Shown: positions 1-7,816 of the stretch, one piece after another | Position numbering within the stretch: position 1 is the stretch's first letter | Layout: every line of letters begins with the position of its first letter | DNA from: Pseudomonadota bacterium | GTDB lineage: Bacteria; Bdellovibrionota_G; JALEGL01; DATDPG01 | Assembly (NCBI GenBank): GCA_043804515.1 | Contig: JAZDIZ010000014.1 | Location: forward strand, 1 to 30,944 | Direction of reading: 5' to 3' | DNA length: 30,944 nt | Program-made: the position numbers and the translations under genes | Notes under the pieces: model-generated | What the model was told of the DNA's origin: nothing | The model's input: only the letters and a program-made list of their open reading frames with translations | The model's database searches: none

Positions 1-477
1 CAGGAACCGGGGTCCGAATTCGTCCAGATTCAGGCCGGCAAGCGGATTGGCACCGAGCAGATTGATGTGATCCTTGATAAGGAGGATGCCGCCGGGACGA
101 AGATCATTCCGGATCGCGCCCGCGGCGTTGGTGACAACCAGCGTCCGGATTCCCCAGCTTCCGGCGACCCGGACGGGAAGCGTGCAGACGTTTAAAGGAT
201 GTCCCTCGTAATAATGAAAGCGGCCCCGGAAGATCAGGACGCGCCGGTTGGCGATCGAGCCCACGATACATTCGCCCGTGTGGCCCGGAATTGTCGGAGT
301 GGGAAAGGAAGGGATTTGCGAATAGGGGACCGATTTCGATTGGGAGACACCGTCGGCAAAAGCACCCAGGCCCGAACCCAGGATCACCGCGACATCGGGG
401 GGTTCCGGCCCGAACGCCTTTTTGAGCGTTTCAAGTGCTTGTTGAACGGACGAGCGGACGTCGGAGACAGGGATCAT
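1..477 (-). CDS. punA: Purine-nucleoside phosphorylase (trimeric PNP/XapA type), 3' part runs off the window
   Basis: Not in the ORF track. Manual translation from ATG at 477 gives MIPVSDV...VAVILGSGLGAFAD...IPGHTG...FRGRFHYYEGH...LVVTNAAGAI...IKDHINLLGANPLAGLNLDEFGPRFL, all PNP-I motifs. The start overlaps the udp stop (ATGA). Confidence 0.93.
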   Translation of the reverse strand, partial: MIPVSDVRSSVQQALETLKKAFGPEPPDVAVILGSGLGAFADGVSQSKSVPYSQIPSFPTPTIPGHTGECIVGSIANRRVLIFRGRFHYYEGHPLNVCTLPVRVAGSWGIRTLVVTNAAGAIRNDLRPGGILLIKDHINLLGANPLAGLNLDEFGPRFL

Positions 478-1319
478 TTCCTGGCCCATTTGGCCGGTAC
501 CCACATGGGAAGGTGTCGTTTCTTCCGTTCCTGGTCCATGTACTTGAGAATTTCAAAAGCTTTCAGGGAGGCGTCCACACATTTGTTCTCGCCCTTGCGC
601 TGGGTCTCCTCATCCGCGAATTCGTTGCGCGGTCGGCCGGCAACCGTCACGCAAACCGCACCGGCGCGCACACGCCGGAGGGAAGCCAACGTGAACAAAG
701 CGCTCGCCTCCATCTCGAAGTTCGTGACCCCCTGGCGGGCGAGTTCGTCGGGCAATTGGGGAAAGCGGACCGGGAAACCGGGGATGTCCCGCCCTTGGGC
801 GCCGTAGAAGCCCGGGGCGGTGGCCGTGATCCCGACATGAAACCGCGCACCTATCGCGGCGCAGGCCGTGGCCAACGCCAAGGTCACGTCGGGGTCGGCA
901 ACTGCCGGGTACCGGTCATGCACGAAGAAGTCGGTCGTCGAATCCAGACGGAGCGCCGCCTTCGAAATAATCAGGTCGCCGATCCGGATCTCGGGTTGAA
1001 GGCCACCGGTCGTTCCGCACCGGATGAACGTAGGGTTCTTCGTGATCTGGCACGCCTCGATCAACGCGATCTCCGTGTTGTCGGGGCCGATTCCCGTCCC
1101 CATCGCGCTCAGGTCCATGCCCTTGTACGTGCCCGTGACCGTTACGAACTCCCGGTGAGCCGCCCGGAGACGGATCTTCGAGAAGCGCTTTGCGACCAAC
1201 TCGACACGGGCGGGATCTCCCACCATGACGATCCGCTCCGCCAAGTCGCCCGGTTTCAGTCCGATGTGATACCGATGTCCTGCCTCATCCTGGATGTTCG
1301 TGGCGTTGGACCTTTTCAA
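474..1319 (-). CDS. udp: Uridine phosphorylase / nucleoside phosphorylase
   Basis: C-terminal part of ORF 474..1907 contains YHIGLKPGD, VGDPARV, HREFVT.TG.YKG, TGIGPDN, IRCGTTGGLQ, FYGAQGR and NFEMEAS. Probable TTG start at 1319 follows a GGAGGA RBS and overlaps the deoC stop. Confidence 0.9.
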   Translation of the reverse strand: MKRSNATNIQDEAGHRYHIGLKPGDLAERIVMVGDPARVELVAKRFSKIRLRAAHREFVTVTGTYKGMDLSAMGTGIGPDNTEIALIEACQITKNPTFIRCGTTGGLQPEIRIGDLIISKAALRLDSTTDFFVHDRYPAVADPDVTLALATACAAIGARFHVGITATAPGFYGAQGRDIPGFPVRFPQLPDELARQGVTNFEMEASALFTLASLRRVRAGAVCVTVAGRPRNEFADEETQRKGENKCVDASLKAFEILKYMDQERKKRHLPMWVPAKWARK

Positions 1320-2224
1320 TATGTTCCTCCCGATTTTCGGCCTTCGATAATCGCCACAGAAGCGCTCGCACCGATCCGGTCGGCTCCGGCATCGATCATC
1401 TTCAGCACGTCCTCCCGACTGCGGATGCCGCCGCTGGCTTTGACTTCCATGTCTTCGCCGACGATCTTGCGCATCAAGGCCACGTCTTCGACCGTCGCTC
1501 CACCGGGACCGAAACCGGTCGATGTCTTCACGAATGCGGCGCCGGCGGCTTTGGAGAGAACGCAACCCGCGATCTTCTCCTCCTGGCTCAGCATCGCGGT
1601 CTCCAGGATCACCTTGAGCTTGTGGGGTTTTACGGCCTGCGCGACGGCCCGGATATCCTCCAACACCAGGACGTAGTTCTTCGACTTGAGCGCCCCGATG
1701 TTGATCACCATGTCGATTTCCTGAGCCCCGTTCCGGACCGCCTCGACGGCTTCGTACACTTTCGCGTTCGTCGTACTGGCGCCCAGGGGAAAACCCACGA
1801 CGGCGATTGGCTTCACGTCGCTCCCTTTGAGCTGTTCGGCGATGAACGGAATGTTGGAGCTGTTCACGCACACGGTGGCGAAATGGTATTTCTTGGCCTC
1901 TTCGCACATGCGCCCCAGTTCCTCCCTGGTGGCATCCTGCTTAAGAAGCGTGTGATCGATCCTGCGCGCGATTTCGTGGGAAGGGCGCTCCACACCGGGC
2001 CCCGAACTGAAGCGGACGGCGCCGAGATGGATCATGCGCTTTATCGTCTCACCTTTTTTATGGACGCAATGCCCGTGGCCGGTGCAATCCGAAGACGTCC
2101 TGTGGCACGTCTGACCGTCCGAATGACCCTGTGGTTTCGAGGCCGGTTCGAACTCCTTAAGAGAGGCCAAAACGCGGCGGGTTATCGCCTCGATCAGCTC
2201 ATCCTTATTCTGCGGATTCGACAT
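1316..2224 (-). CDS. deoC: Deoxyribose-phosphate aldolase with ~84-aa N-terminal extension
   Basis: Motifs IDHTLLK, VVGFPLGA, EIDMVINIG, LKVILET, FVKTSTGF and VKASGGIR. ATG at 2224 follows AAGGGG. The longer ORF to 2890 overlaps the opposite-strand gene and is not credible. Confidence 0.95.
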   Translation of the reverse strand: MSNPQNKDELIEAITRRVLASLKEFEPASKPQGHSDGQTCHRTSSDCTGHGHCVHKKGETIKRMIHLGAVRFSSGPGVERPSHEIARRIDHTLLKQDATREELGRMCEEAKKYHFATVCVNSSNIPFIAEQLKGSDVKPIAVVGFPLGASTTNAKVYEAVEAVRNGAQEIDMVINIGALKSKNYVLVLEDIRAVAQAVKPHKLKVILETAMLSQEEKIAGCVLSKAAGAAFVKTSTGFGPGGATVEDVALMRKIVGEDMEVKASGGIRSREDVLKMIDAGADRIGASASVAIIEGRKSGGTY

Positions 2225-2287
2225 GGCCCCTTGCAACCGATTAGAATCCATGGCTCTTATCACCCCGGAGGCGAAATCGTCAAACCC

Positions 2288-3805
2288 GTGAAAACTGGCC
2301 TCTTTTTGTTCACAGCAGGACTTGTGTGTTCCGCACTGGCGCAGGGCACGGCTCCGAGCAAAGGAAACTCGTACTCGATCTTTACCCGGCAGGAAATTCA
2401 ACTGGATGGACGCCTGAGGCATCTGACGCTGGAACGCCTCGGCCCTTCGCCCGCAAAGTCGATCGTGGCCGTCGAGAGAAGCGGCAGCTATCCGGAATGG
2501 AAGGTCTCCCTTACCCTTTGGTCGGCCGAAGCCTCGACGGGGAAAATCAAGAAAGACGGCGCTGTTTCGCTCCCGCCGGATGCGGTCTTCTATGGATTTG
2601 CGCGGCCGACGGGGGCGGAACGATCCAGCCTTATCCTGGTGCGTAAGGAAAGCGTGGAAGCCTGGAAACCGACCGGTGGAGCCTTCGAAACCGACCCCCG
2701 CTTCCAGGATCGCGCAGCCTCGTTTTTTTCGACTTCCCCGAAAGGCGAAGTCATTCCGTACGAGCCCGCGATCGAGGGGCTGAAAAATGAGGGCTCTCTG
2801 ATTGCCGCCCCCACGGCGGGAGGCCTCTCGGTTTATTCGCTCGGCGGCGACGGACTCAAGAAAATCGCGACGTATCCGGCCCCGCTTCACGGGTTTTATC
2901 AGTCCGGCCTCGACAGCCTTCCGTTTGATCTTTCGTTCTGGGTCCGCGGATCGATCTGGTACCCGAAGAACGTCCTGGGCCGATTTTCACACGCGGAAGC
3001 CGACGATCTTCTCTGGCCGTGGATGGACGAGGTGACGGCCGCGCCGTTCGAAAAGGAGGGGAAGGGGGGCGAAAGCCGTACGATCCAGTTTCACCAGTTG
3101 AGCGAGGAGGAGCGGGACGACGGCAAGAGCTACGTCGTCATCACGCCTGTGGATTTGAACCATGACGGCCGTACCGACTTCCTCGTGAACAAATTCCGGG
3201 GAACGGCGACGTCCCTGCGGGGGGAAACGACGATGTTCTTTACACGCGCCGACGGGACCGTTCCCGAAAACGGGGAGCAGTTGAAGGCGAAAGGAAACCG
3301 GGCCAGCGGCGCTCTCCCCGTCGATCTCAACAAGGACGGCCTTGCGGATCTCGTTGTGGCGTCCACGCAATACAATGCGTGGGCCGTGGTTCGGGCGCTG
3401 ATTCGCCGGCTCGCGGTCGTGGACTTTTCTTTTTACATCCAGCATCCGGACGGTTTTCATCTGGCCGAGCCCGACCTGAGTCACGAGATTTCGTTCCAGT
3501 TCGACTTGGACGAGGGAGAGGTCAGCGGCCTTCTCCCGACGCTGGACGGGGATTTCAACGGCGACGGTTATCCGGACGCCGTTTTCGCCAAGAACAGGAG
3601 CGCCGTCACCGTTCTGCTTCAGAAACCGGGACAGCGCGATTTCTTCCCGCTCTCCGGCGTCCGGAGTTTCGAAGTGCCGGTGCCCCGGCTGATGCACGTG
3701 GGAGATGTGGATGGCGACGGCTTGAGCGACGTGGTCCTCTTCGACACCCGCGCCGCGGGGAACCGGAAGGTTACGGTACTGATGAACAACGGGATTCTGA
3801 AGTAG
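2288..3805 (+). CDS. Secreted FG-GAP/VCBS repeat protein (probable beta-propeller)
   Basis: GTG at 2288 gives a signal-like N-terminus (MKTGLFLFTAGLVCSALAQ). Four DxNxDGxxD-type motifs: DLNHDGRTD, DLNKDGLAD, DFNGDGYPD, DVDGDGLSD. Confidence 0.8.
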   Translation: MKTGLFLFTAGLVCSALAQGTAPSKGNSYSIFTRQEIQLDGRLRHLTLERLGPSPAKSIVAVERSGSYPEWKVSLTLWSAEASTGKIKKDGAVSLPPDAVFYGFARPTGAERSSLILVRKESVEAWKPTGGAFETDPRFQDRAASFFSTSPKGEVIPYEPAIEGLKNEGSLIAAPTAGGLSVYSLGGDGLKKIATYPAPLHGFYQSGLDSLPFDLSFWVRGSIWYPKNVLGRFSHAEADDLLWPWMDEVTAAPFEKEGKGGESRTIQFHQLSEEERDDGKSYVVITPVDLNHDGRTDFLVNKFRGTATSLRGETTMFFTRADGTVPENGEQLKAKGNRASGALPVDLNKDGLADLVVASTQYNAWAVVRALIRRLAVVDFSFYIQHPDGFHLAEPDLSHEISFQFDLDEGEVSGLLPTLDGDFNGDGYPDAVFAKNRSAVTVLLQKPGQRDFFPLSGVRSFEVPVPRLMHVGDVDGDGLSDVVLFDTRAAGNRKVTVLMNNGILK

Positions 3806-3811
3806 GGAAAT

Positions 3812-3903
3812 TGGGGACACGTACCAATTAGGAAACTGTCAGCAAGATTAAGCTCATAAAGCAGTTCTGTTCCGTAGGCCTGCGAAATTGGTACGTGTCC
3901 CCA
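3812..3903. repeat. Perfect 18-bp inverted repeat with 56-bp spacer (REP/MITE-like)
   Basis: TGGGGACACGTACCAATT (3812-3829) and its exact reverse complement AATTGGTACGTGTCCCCA (3886-3903), located between convergent genes. Confidence 0.85.
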
Positions 3904-3926
3904 TTTGGACTAGTGAAAAATCCAGG

Positions 3927-4943
3927 CTAGATCGCGACCGATGTCCCGTCGGGCATGACGATTTCGTTGACGACGGAGGTCTTGGGCCTGATTTCCGCGC
4001 CCGGGAACACGATGGATTGCTCCACACGGGCGTCCATTCCGATTCTGGCCCGGGGACCGATGACGGCAAGCGGTCCGACGCCGGCATGAGCGCCGACCTG
4101 AGCCCCCGCTCCGATCAGGCAAGGCGGGGCAAGTTCGGAATCCTTCGCGATCTTCGCGTCTTTCGAGATAAAAATTTGCCCCTCACGAGGAAGAAAACCT
4201 CCGAGGAGGGGGCGCATCCAATCCGATGGCTGGGCGAGAAGATCCCACTGTGTCTTTGCATAGAGATCAATCTCTCCCACGTCGTGCCACCGGGCCCGCG
4301 TCATATGTCCAAAGACAGGAGCGCCGCGCTCGATGAGCCGGGCATAGATATCCTGATTGATGTCGAAAATTTTCCGGCCCGGGAGTTCCTTGAAGATTTC
4401 CCGGTCGAAGATATGAATCCCCGAAAAAAAACCCATGCGGGTGGCGCCGCCGGGGGCCTTCCCGTAGGGGAACGCCGCGATCCTCCCTTCCGCATCGACC
4501 CCTACCGGCTTGTATCCCGTCGGCTTGGGATCCTCCACGAGCACCATCGTGGCGAGGGCTTGGTGCGCCCGATGGAATTCGCAAGCCGCCTGAAGATCGA
4601 TGTCCGTCAAAAAATCGCAGTTCACGACACCGAACGTTTCGTCAGTGGCGAAAGCGCCCATGTTCTTGATGCCTCCGCCCGTTCCCAACAAAATGGGTTC
4701 CTCAAAAGATCGCACGCCGAGAGGAAGCTTTCCGCCTGAAAGGGCTTCCAACATGAGCCTTCGTCCGTGATGCAGGTTTACCGAGGCTTCGTCGATCCCG
4801 GAATGGCGCAGATACGCCAATGTGAAATCCAAGAGCCGGAGGTGCCAGAAGGGGAGGAGGGGCTTGGGCGTTTCGTCGGTAAGAGGGCGCAGCCTTGTGG
4901 AAAGCCCGGCGGCGAGAATCATGACCTGTCTTAATTTGGGCAA
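3927..4943 (-). CDS. Sugar-1-phosphate nucleotidyltransferase (MurU-like position) with C-terminal hexapeptide (LbH) repeats
   Basis: MILAAGLSTRLRPLTDETPKPLL, LGTGGGIKN, VVNCDF, FSGIHI, WHDVG, and C-terminal repeats IGAGAQVGAHAGVGPLAVIGPRARIG. TTG start overlaps the upstream kinase gene. Confidence 0.88.
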   Translation of the reverse strand: MPKLRQVMILAAGLSTRLRPLTDETPKPLLPFWHLRLLDFTLAYLRHSGIDEASVNLHHGRRLMLEALSGGKLPLGVRSFEEPILLGTGGGIKNMGAFATDETFGVVNCDFLTDIDLQAACEFHRAHQALATMVLVEDPKPTGYKPVGVDAEGRIAAFPYGKAPGGATRMGFFSGIHIFDREIFKELPGRKIFDINQDIYARLIERGAPVFGHMTRARWHDVGEIDLYAKTQWDLLAQPSDWMRPLLGGFLPREGQIFISKDAKIAKDSELAPPCLIGAGAQVGAHAGVGPLAVIGPRARIGMDARVEQSIVFPGAEIRPKTSVVNEIVMPDGTSVAI

Positions 4944-6019
4944 GCGGCCACCAACTCGTCGAAATAGGGAAGCAACAAGGTCCGAAGGCTCTTCAGATCG
5001 CCGTCATCCTCCAACGTCTTCCGGACGTTCTCGAGCGTGCGGGGGACATGGGGAAGGTAATTCGGATTCTTTTTCACTTCTTCGATGTAGAAAAAACGGC
5101 CCGCCGCTTTCAGGTTTCTGTGAATCCCCATCAGATCGAAGGCCCGCCGGAACGCGCCGCGCTCATTTGTTTCGCGAAAGCCGTGCTCTTTCATCCGCAA
5201 GCGGTAGCTCTCCACAAGACCGTCTTGGAGTTTTCGATCCAGCGTGAAGTACGAGTCGCGCAGAAGGGAGGCCAGGTCGTAAAACAGCGGCGCCAGCAGG
5301 GCGTCCTGGAAATCCAGAACACCGAGACGGAAGCCTCCGCCGGAAAGCTCGAGCACCATTAGATTCTTGCTGTGATAGTCGCGGTGGCAGAAGACGTTTT
5401 CCCAGGAAAGATACGTATCCGTCAGGCGATAAAGCGCCTTTAGGATCGCGTCCCGGTCCGCAGCCGATGGAGGCTTTCGGAGGCGCTTGTCCAAGGCGTA
5501 CTCGACGAAATGGCGGAATTCCCAGTTGTAGAGATCCCGGTCGAACGCCCGCGCGAACGCGATGGACGTCCGTGATTCGGCCGCGGCGGGGATCACGGCC
5601 AGGCGCTCGAGCTGTTCGAGCGCGACCTCATAGGCCTTGCGCATATCGGCCGGCTTCATTTTGGGCAATTCGTCGCAGAGAACGCGGTCGCCGAAGTCCT
5701 CAAGGAGCAAGGCGCCCCGAGCCGTGTCGTACGCGTAAACCGCGGGGACGGGGACACGGCGCGTTTCGAGATACCGCCGAACGTCGATGAACGGAAGCTC
5801 AGTTATCGGCCGGGCGGTCTTGGTGATCTCTTCCGCGGGCGAGTTGGGCCCCCGTTCGGCCAGCAGCATGGCGACGAACGAGCGTTCCCCCGCGTGAATC
5901 CGGAAATACGACCGGTTCGACGCGTCCCCCTTGAGCATCACGGCCTCGTGCTTCCCCGAAAGTCCGACGTTTTTCAAGAGCCCGGGTAAGGCCTCCGTCA
6001 ATCTCTTGGGCGTCGTCAT
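4931..6019 (-). CDS. amgK: AmgK-like anomeric MurNAc/GlcNAc kinase (APH phosphotransferase family)
   Basis: GDASNRSYFR, LLLEDFGD, HRDYHSKNLM, LDFQDA, YDLASLLRD and RNLKAAGRF motifs. Lies directly upstream of a nucleotidyltransferase, as in amgK-murU. Confidence 0.8.
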   Translation of the reverse strand: MTTPKRLTEALPGLLKNVGLSGKHEAVMLKGDASNRSYFRIHAGERSFVAMLLAERGPNSPAEEITKTARPITELPFIDVRRYLETRRVPVPAVYAYDTARGALLLEDFGDRVLCDELPKMKPADMRKAYEVALEQLERLAVIPAAAESRTSIAFARAFDRDLYNWEFRHFVEYALDKRLRKPPSAADRDAILKALYRLTDTYLSWENVFCHRDYHSKNLMVLELSGGGFRLGVLDFQDALLAPLFYDLASLLRDSYFTLDRKLQDGLVESYRLRMKEHGFRETNERGAFRRAFDLMGIHRNLKAAGRFFYIEEVKKNPNYLPHVPRTLENVRKTLEDDGDLKSLRTLLLPYFDELVAACPN

Positions 6020-6060
6020 CCGTTCCCACTTTACGGAGTTTTCATTGGAGCGGGAATGAA

Positions 6061-6097
6061 ATTGGCCGCGGGGCGCTCCGGAGCCCCCGCCGCCAAT
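6061..6097. other. GC-rich imperfect hairpin in the divergent amgK/phoH intergenic region
   Basis: ATTGGC-C-GCGGGG-C-GCTC-CG-GAGC-CCCCGC-C-GCCAAT; the arms are complementary with one bulge and one mismatch. Confidence 0.55.
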
Positions 6098-6162
6098 ACC
6101 CGTTATTGGCTTCGGTACTTGTGACGGCGGGTAAAATGGGCTAATTCTCTCGCCCTAATTCT

Positions 6163-7485
6163 ATGAAGAAAACGTACATTCTGGACACGAACGTTCTTCT
6201 CTACGACCCCAAGGCCATCTTCAAGTTTGAAGATAACGAGGTCGTGATCCCGATCACGGTGATCGAAGAGGTGGACCACTTCAAGAAGGACGAAAACGAA
6301 ACAGGGCGGAACGCCAGGCATTTCTCCCGCATGCTGGACGAGCTTCGCATAAAGGGGTCCCTCTCGACGGGGGTCGCGCTTCCGAACGGGGGCAAGTTAC
6401 GTGTGGACCTGGGAAGCAAGGGGCCGGTTCGGGTCCAGAGCCTGTTCACGAAGCGGCCGGCGGACGTGAGCATTCTTGCGATCGCGATGGACGTGAAGGA
6501 GAAGGCGAACGGCCAGCCGGTGATCTTCCTCACGAAAGACACCAACTTGAGGATCCGTGCGGATGCGCTGGGGCTCACGGCGCAGGACTATGAGCCGGAT
6601 GTGATCTCCCTGGATGAGCTGTATCGGGGCTGGCAGGAAGTGGCATGGCCGTCCCATCAACTGGATGAGCTCATAAAGGCCGGCGAGGCCCCGCTCGGGA
6701 ACCTCAAGGTTCATCCCAACGAGATGCTTTTGATCCGGTCCCAGACCTCCGAAAGCCAGTCGGTATTGGCCCGGGCCCAAGCAGCACTCGGAAAGATCCG
6801 CGTTTTGCGCGGATTTCAGCGCGCCGTGTGGGGCATCCATCCCAAAAACCTGGAGCAGACGTTCGCTCTGGACCTCCTCCTGGACGACGCGATCAAACTG
6901 GTCACGCTGGTCGGGAAGGCGGGGACCGGAAAGACGCTCCTGGCGATCGCGGCGGGGCTTCAAAAAGTAGGGGACGAATCGGTATATCAGCGGCTCCTGG
7001 TTTCCAGGCCCGTGTTTCCGCTTGGGCGGGATCTGGGTTTTCTCCCGGGCACCATCGAGGAAAAAATGATGCCGTGGATGCAGCCGATCTTCGACAATGT
7101 GGAACTCCTGATGGGCTCCAGCGGCCGGGAACGGCGGCGCGGCGGAAACTACGGCTATCAGGAACTCGTCCACATGGGGATGCTGTCGATCGAGCCGCTC
7201 ACATACATCCGCGGCCGGTCCATTCCCAACCAGTTTTTGATCGTGGATGAAGCGCAGAACCTGACGCCGCACGAGATTAAGACGGTCATCACGCGCGTGG
7301 GCGCCAACACCAAGATCGTGATCACGGGAGACCCGTATCAGATCGACAACCCGTACGTGGATTCGTCCAACAACGGTCTCACCTACACGGTGGAGAGGTT
7401 CAAGGACGAGCCGATGGCGGGGCACATGACGCTGACCAAAGGGGAGCGCTCGCCTTTGGCGGAATTGGCCTCCAACCTGCTCTGA
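6163..7485 (+). CDS. PIN-PhoH fusion protein (PhoH2/YlaK family)
   Basis: N-terminal PIN domain (YILDTNVLL, IPITVIEEVD, LTKDTNLRIRA). PhoH ATPase domain: GKAGTGKT, LGFLPG, YIRGRS, IVDEAQNLT, TGDPYQIDNPY, ERSPLAELA. Confidence 0.93.
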   Translation: MKKTYILDTNVLLYDPKAIFKFEDNEVVIPITVIEEVDHFKKDENETGRNARHFSRMLDELRIKGSLSTGVALPNGGKLRVDLGSKGPVRVQSLFTKRPADVSILAIAMDVKEKANGQPVIFLTKDTNLRIRADALGLTAQDYEPDVISLDELYRGWQEVAWPSHQLDELIKAGEAPLGNLKVHPNEMLLIRSQTSESQSVLARAQAALGKIRVLRGFQRAVWGIHPKNLEQTFALDLLLDDAIKLVTLVGKAGTGKTLLAIAAGLQKVGDESVYQRLLVSRPVFPLGRDLGFLPGTIEEKMMPWMQPIFDNVELLMGSSGRERRRGGNYGYQELVHMGMLSIEPLTYIRGRSIPNQFLIVDEAQNLTPHEIKTVITRVGANTKIVITGDPYQIDNPYVDSSNNGLTYTVERFKDEPMAGHMTLTKGERSPLAELASNLL

Positions 7486-7487
7486 CC

Positions 7488-7676
7488 ATGACACCGTATC
7501 AATGGCTGGGTGCCGTTTCGATGGCGCTTCTCGCGGTGGCGGTGGGATTGTCCGTTTACATCCTGACGGGAAAACACTCGCGAAAAGAGACGTACGTCGT
7601 GTCCGCCTCGGTGTTGACACTCATGGTGGGAATCACCGTGATGTGTCTGATCATATATTCGCGGTTCGGGAAGTAG
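7488..7676 (+). CDS. Small two-helix membrane protein, unknown function
   Basis: ATG 2 nt after the PIN-PhoH stop. 62 aa with two hydrophobic segments separated by a basic loop (GKHSRKE). Confidence 0.6.
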   Translation: MTPYQWLGAVSMALLAVAVGLSVYILTGKHSRKETYVVSASVLTLMVGITVMCLIIYSRFGK

Positions 7677-7728
7677 ATTGAGGCCTCGTATCCCCTCAAA
7701 ATAATTAAGGGATTTACGCCCGAATCGA

Positions 7729-7758
7729 TTGACATCTTCGGACCTCCCATACTATAAA
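7729..7758 (+). promoter_or_regulatory. Putative sigma70 promoter for the ffh cluster
   Basis: Perfect TTGACA at 7729-7734 and TATAAA at 7753-7758 (18-bp spacer), about 60 bp upstream of ffh. Confidence 0.5.
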
Positions 7759-7816
7759 CGCGCGTTTTCCGTCCCGCCGGGACTGGAGAAAAGACAGTTA
7801 TTTTGGGTAGTTACGA

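Noticed and set aside
199..1676. Long plus-strand ORFs 199..807 and 435..1676
   Set aside because: They are antisense shadows of punA, udp and deoC in GC-rich DNA and show no recognisable motifs.
1320..2890. N-terminal extensions of the ORF-track udp (to 1907), deoC (to 2890) and FG-GAP (from 1622)
   Set aside because: They overlap genuine genes. Better starts exist at 1319 and 2224 (with RBS) and 2288 (with signal peptide).
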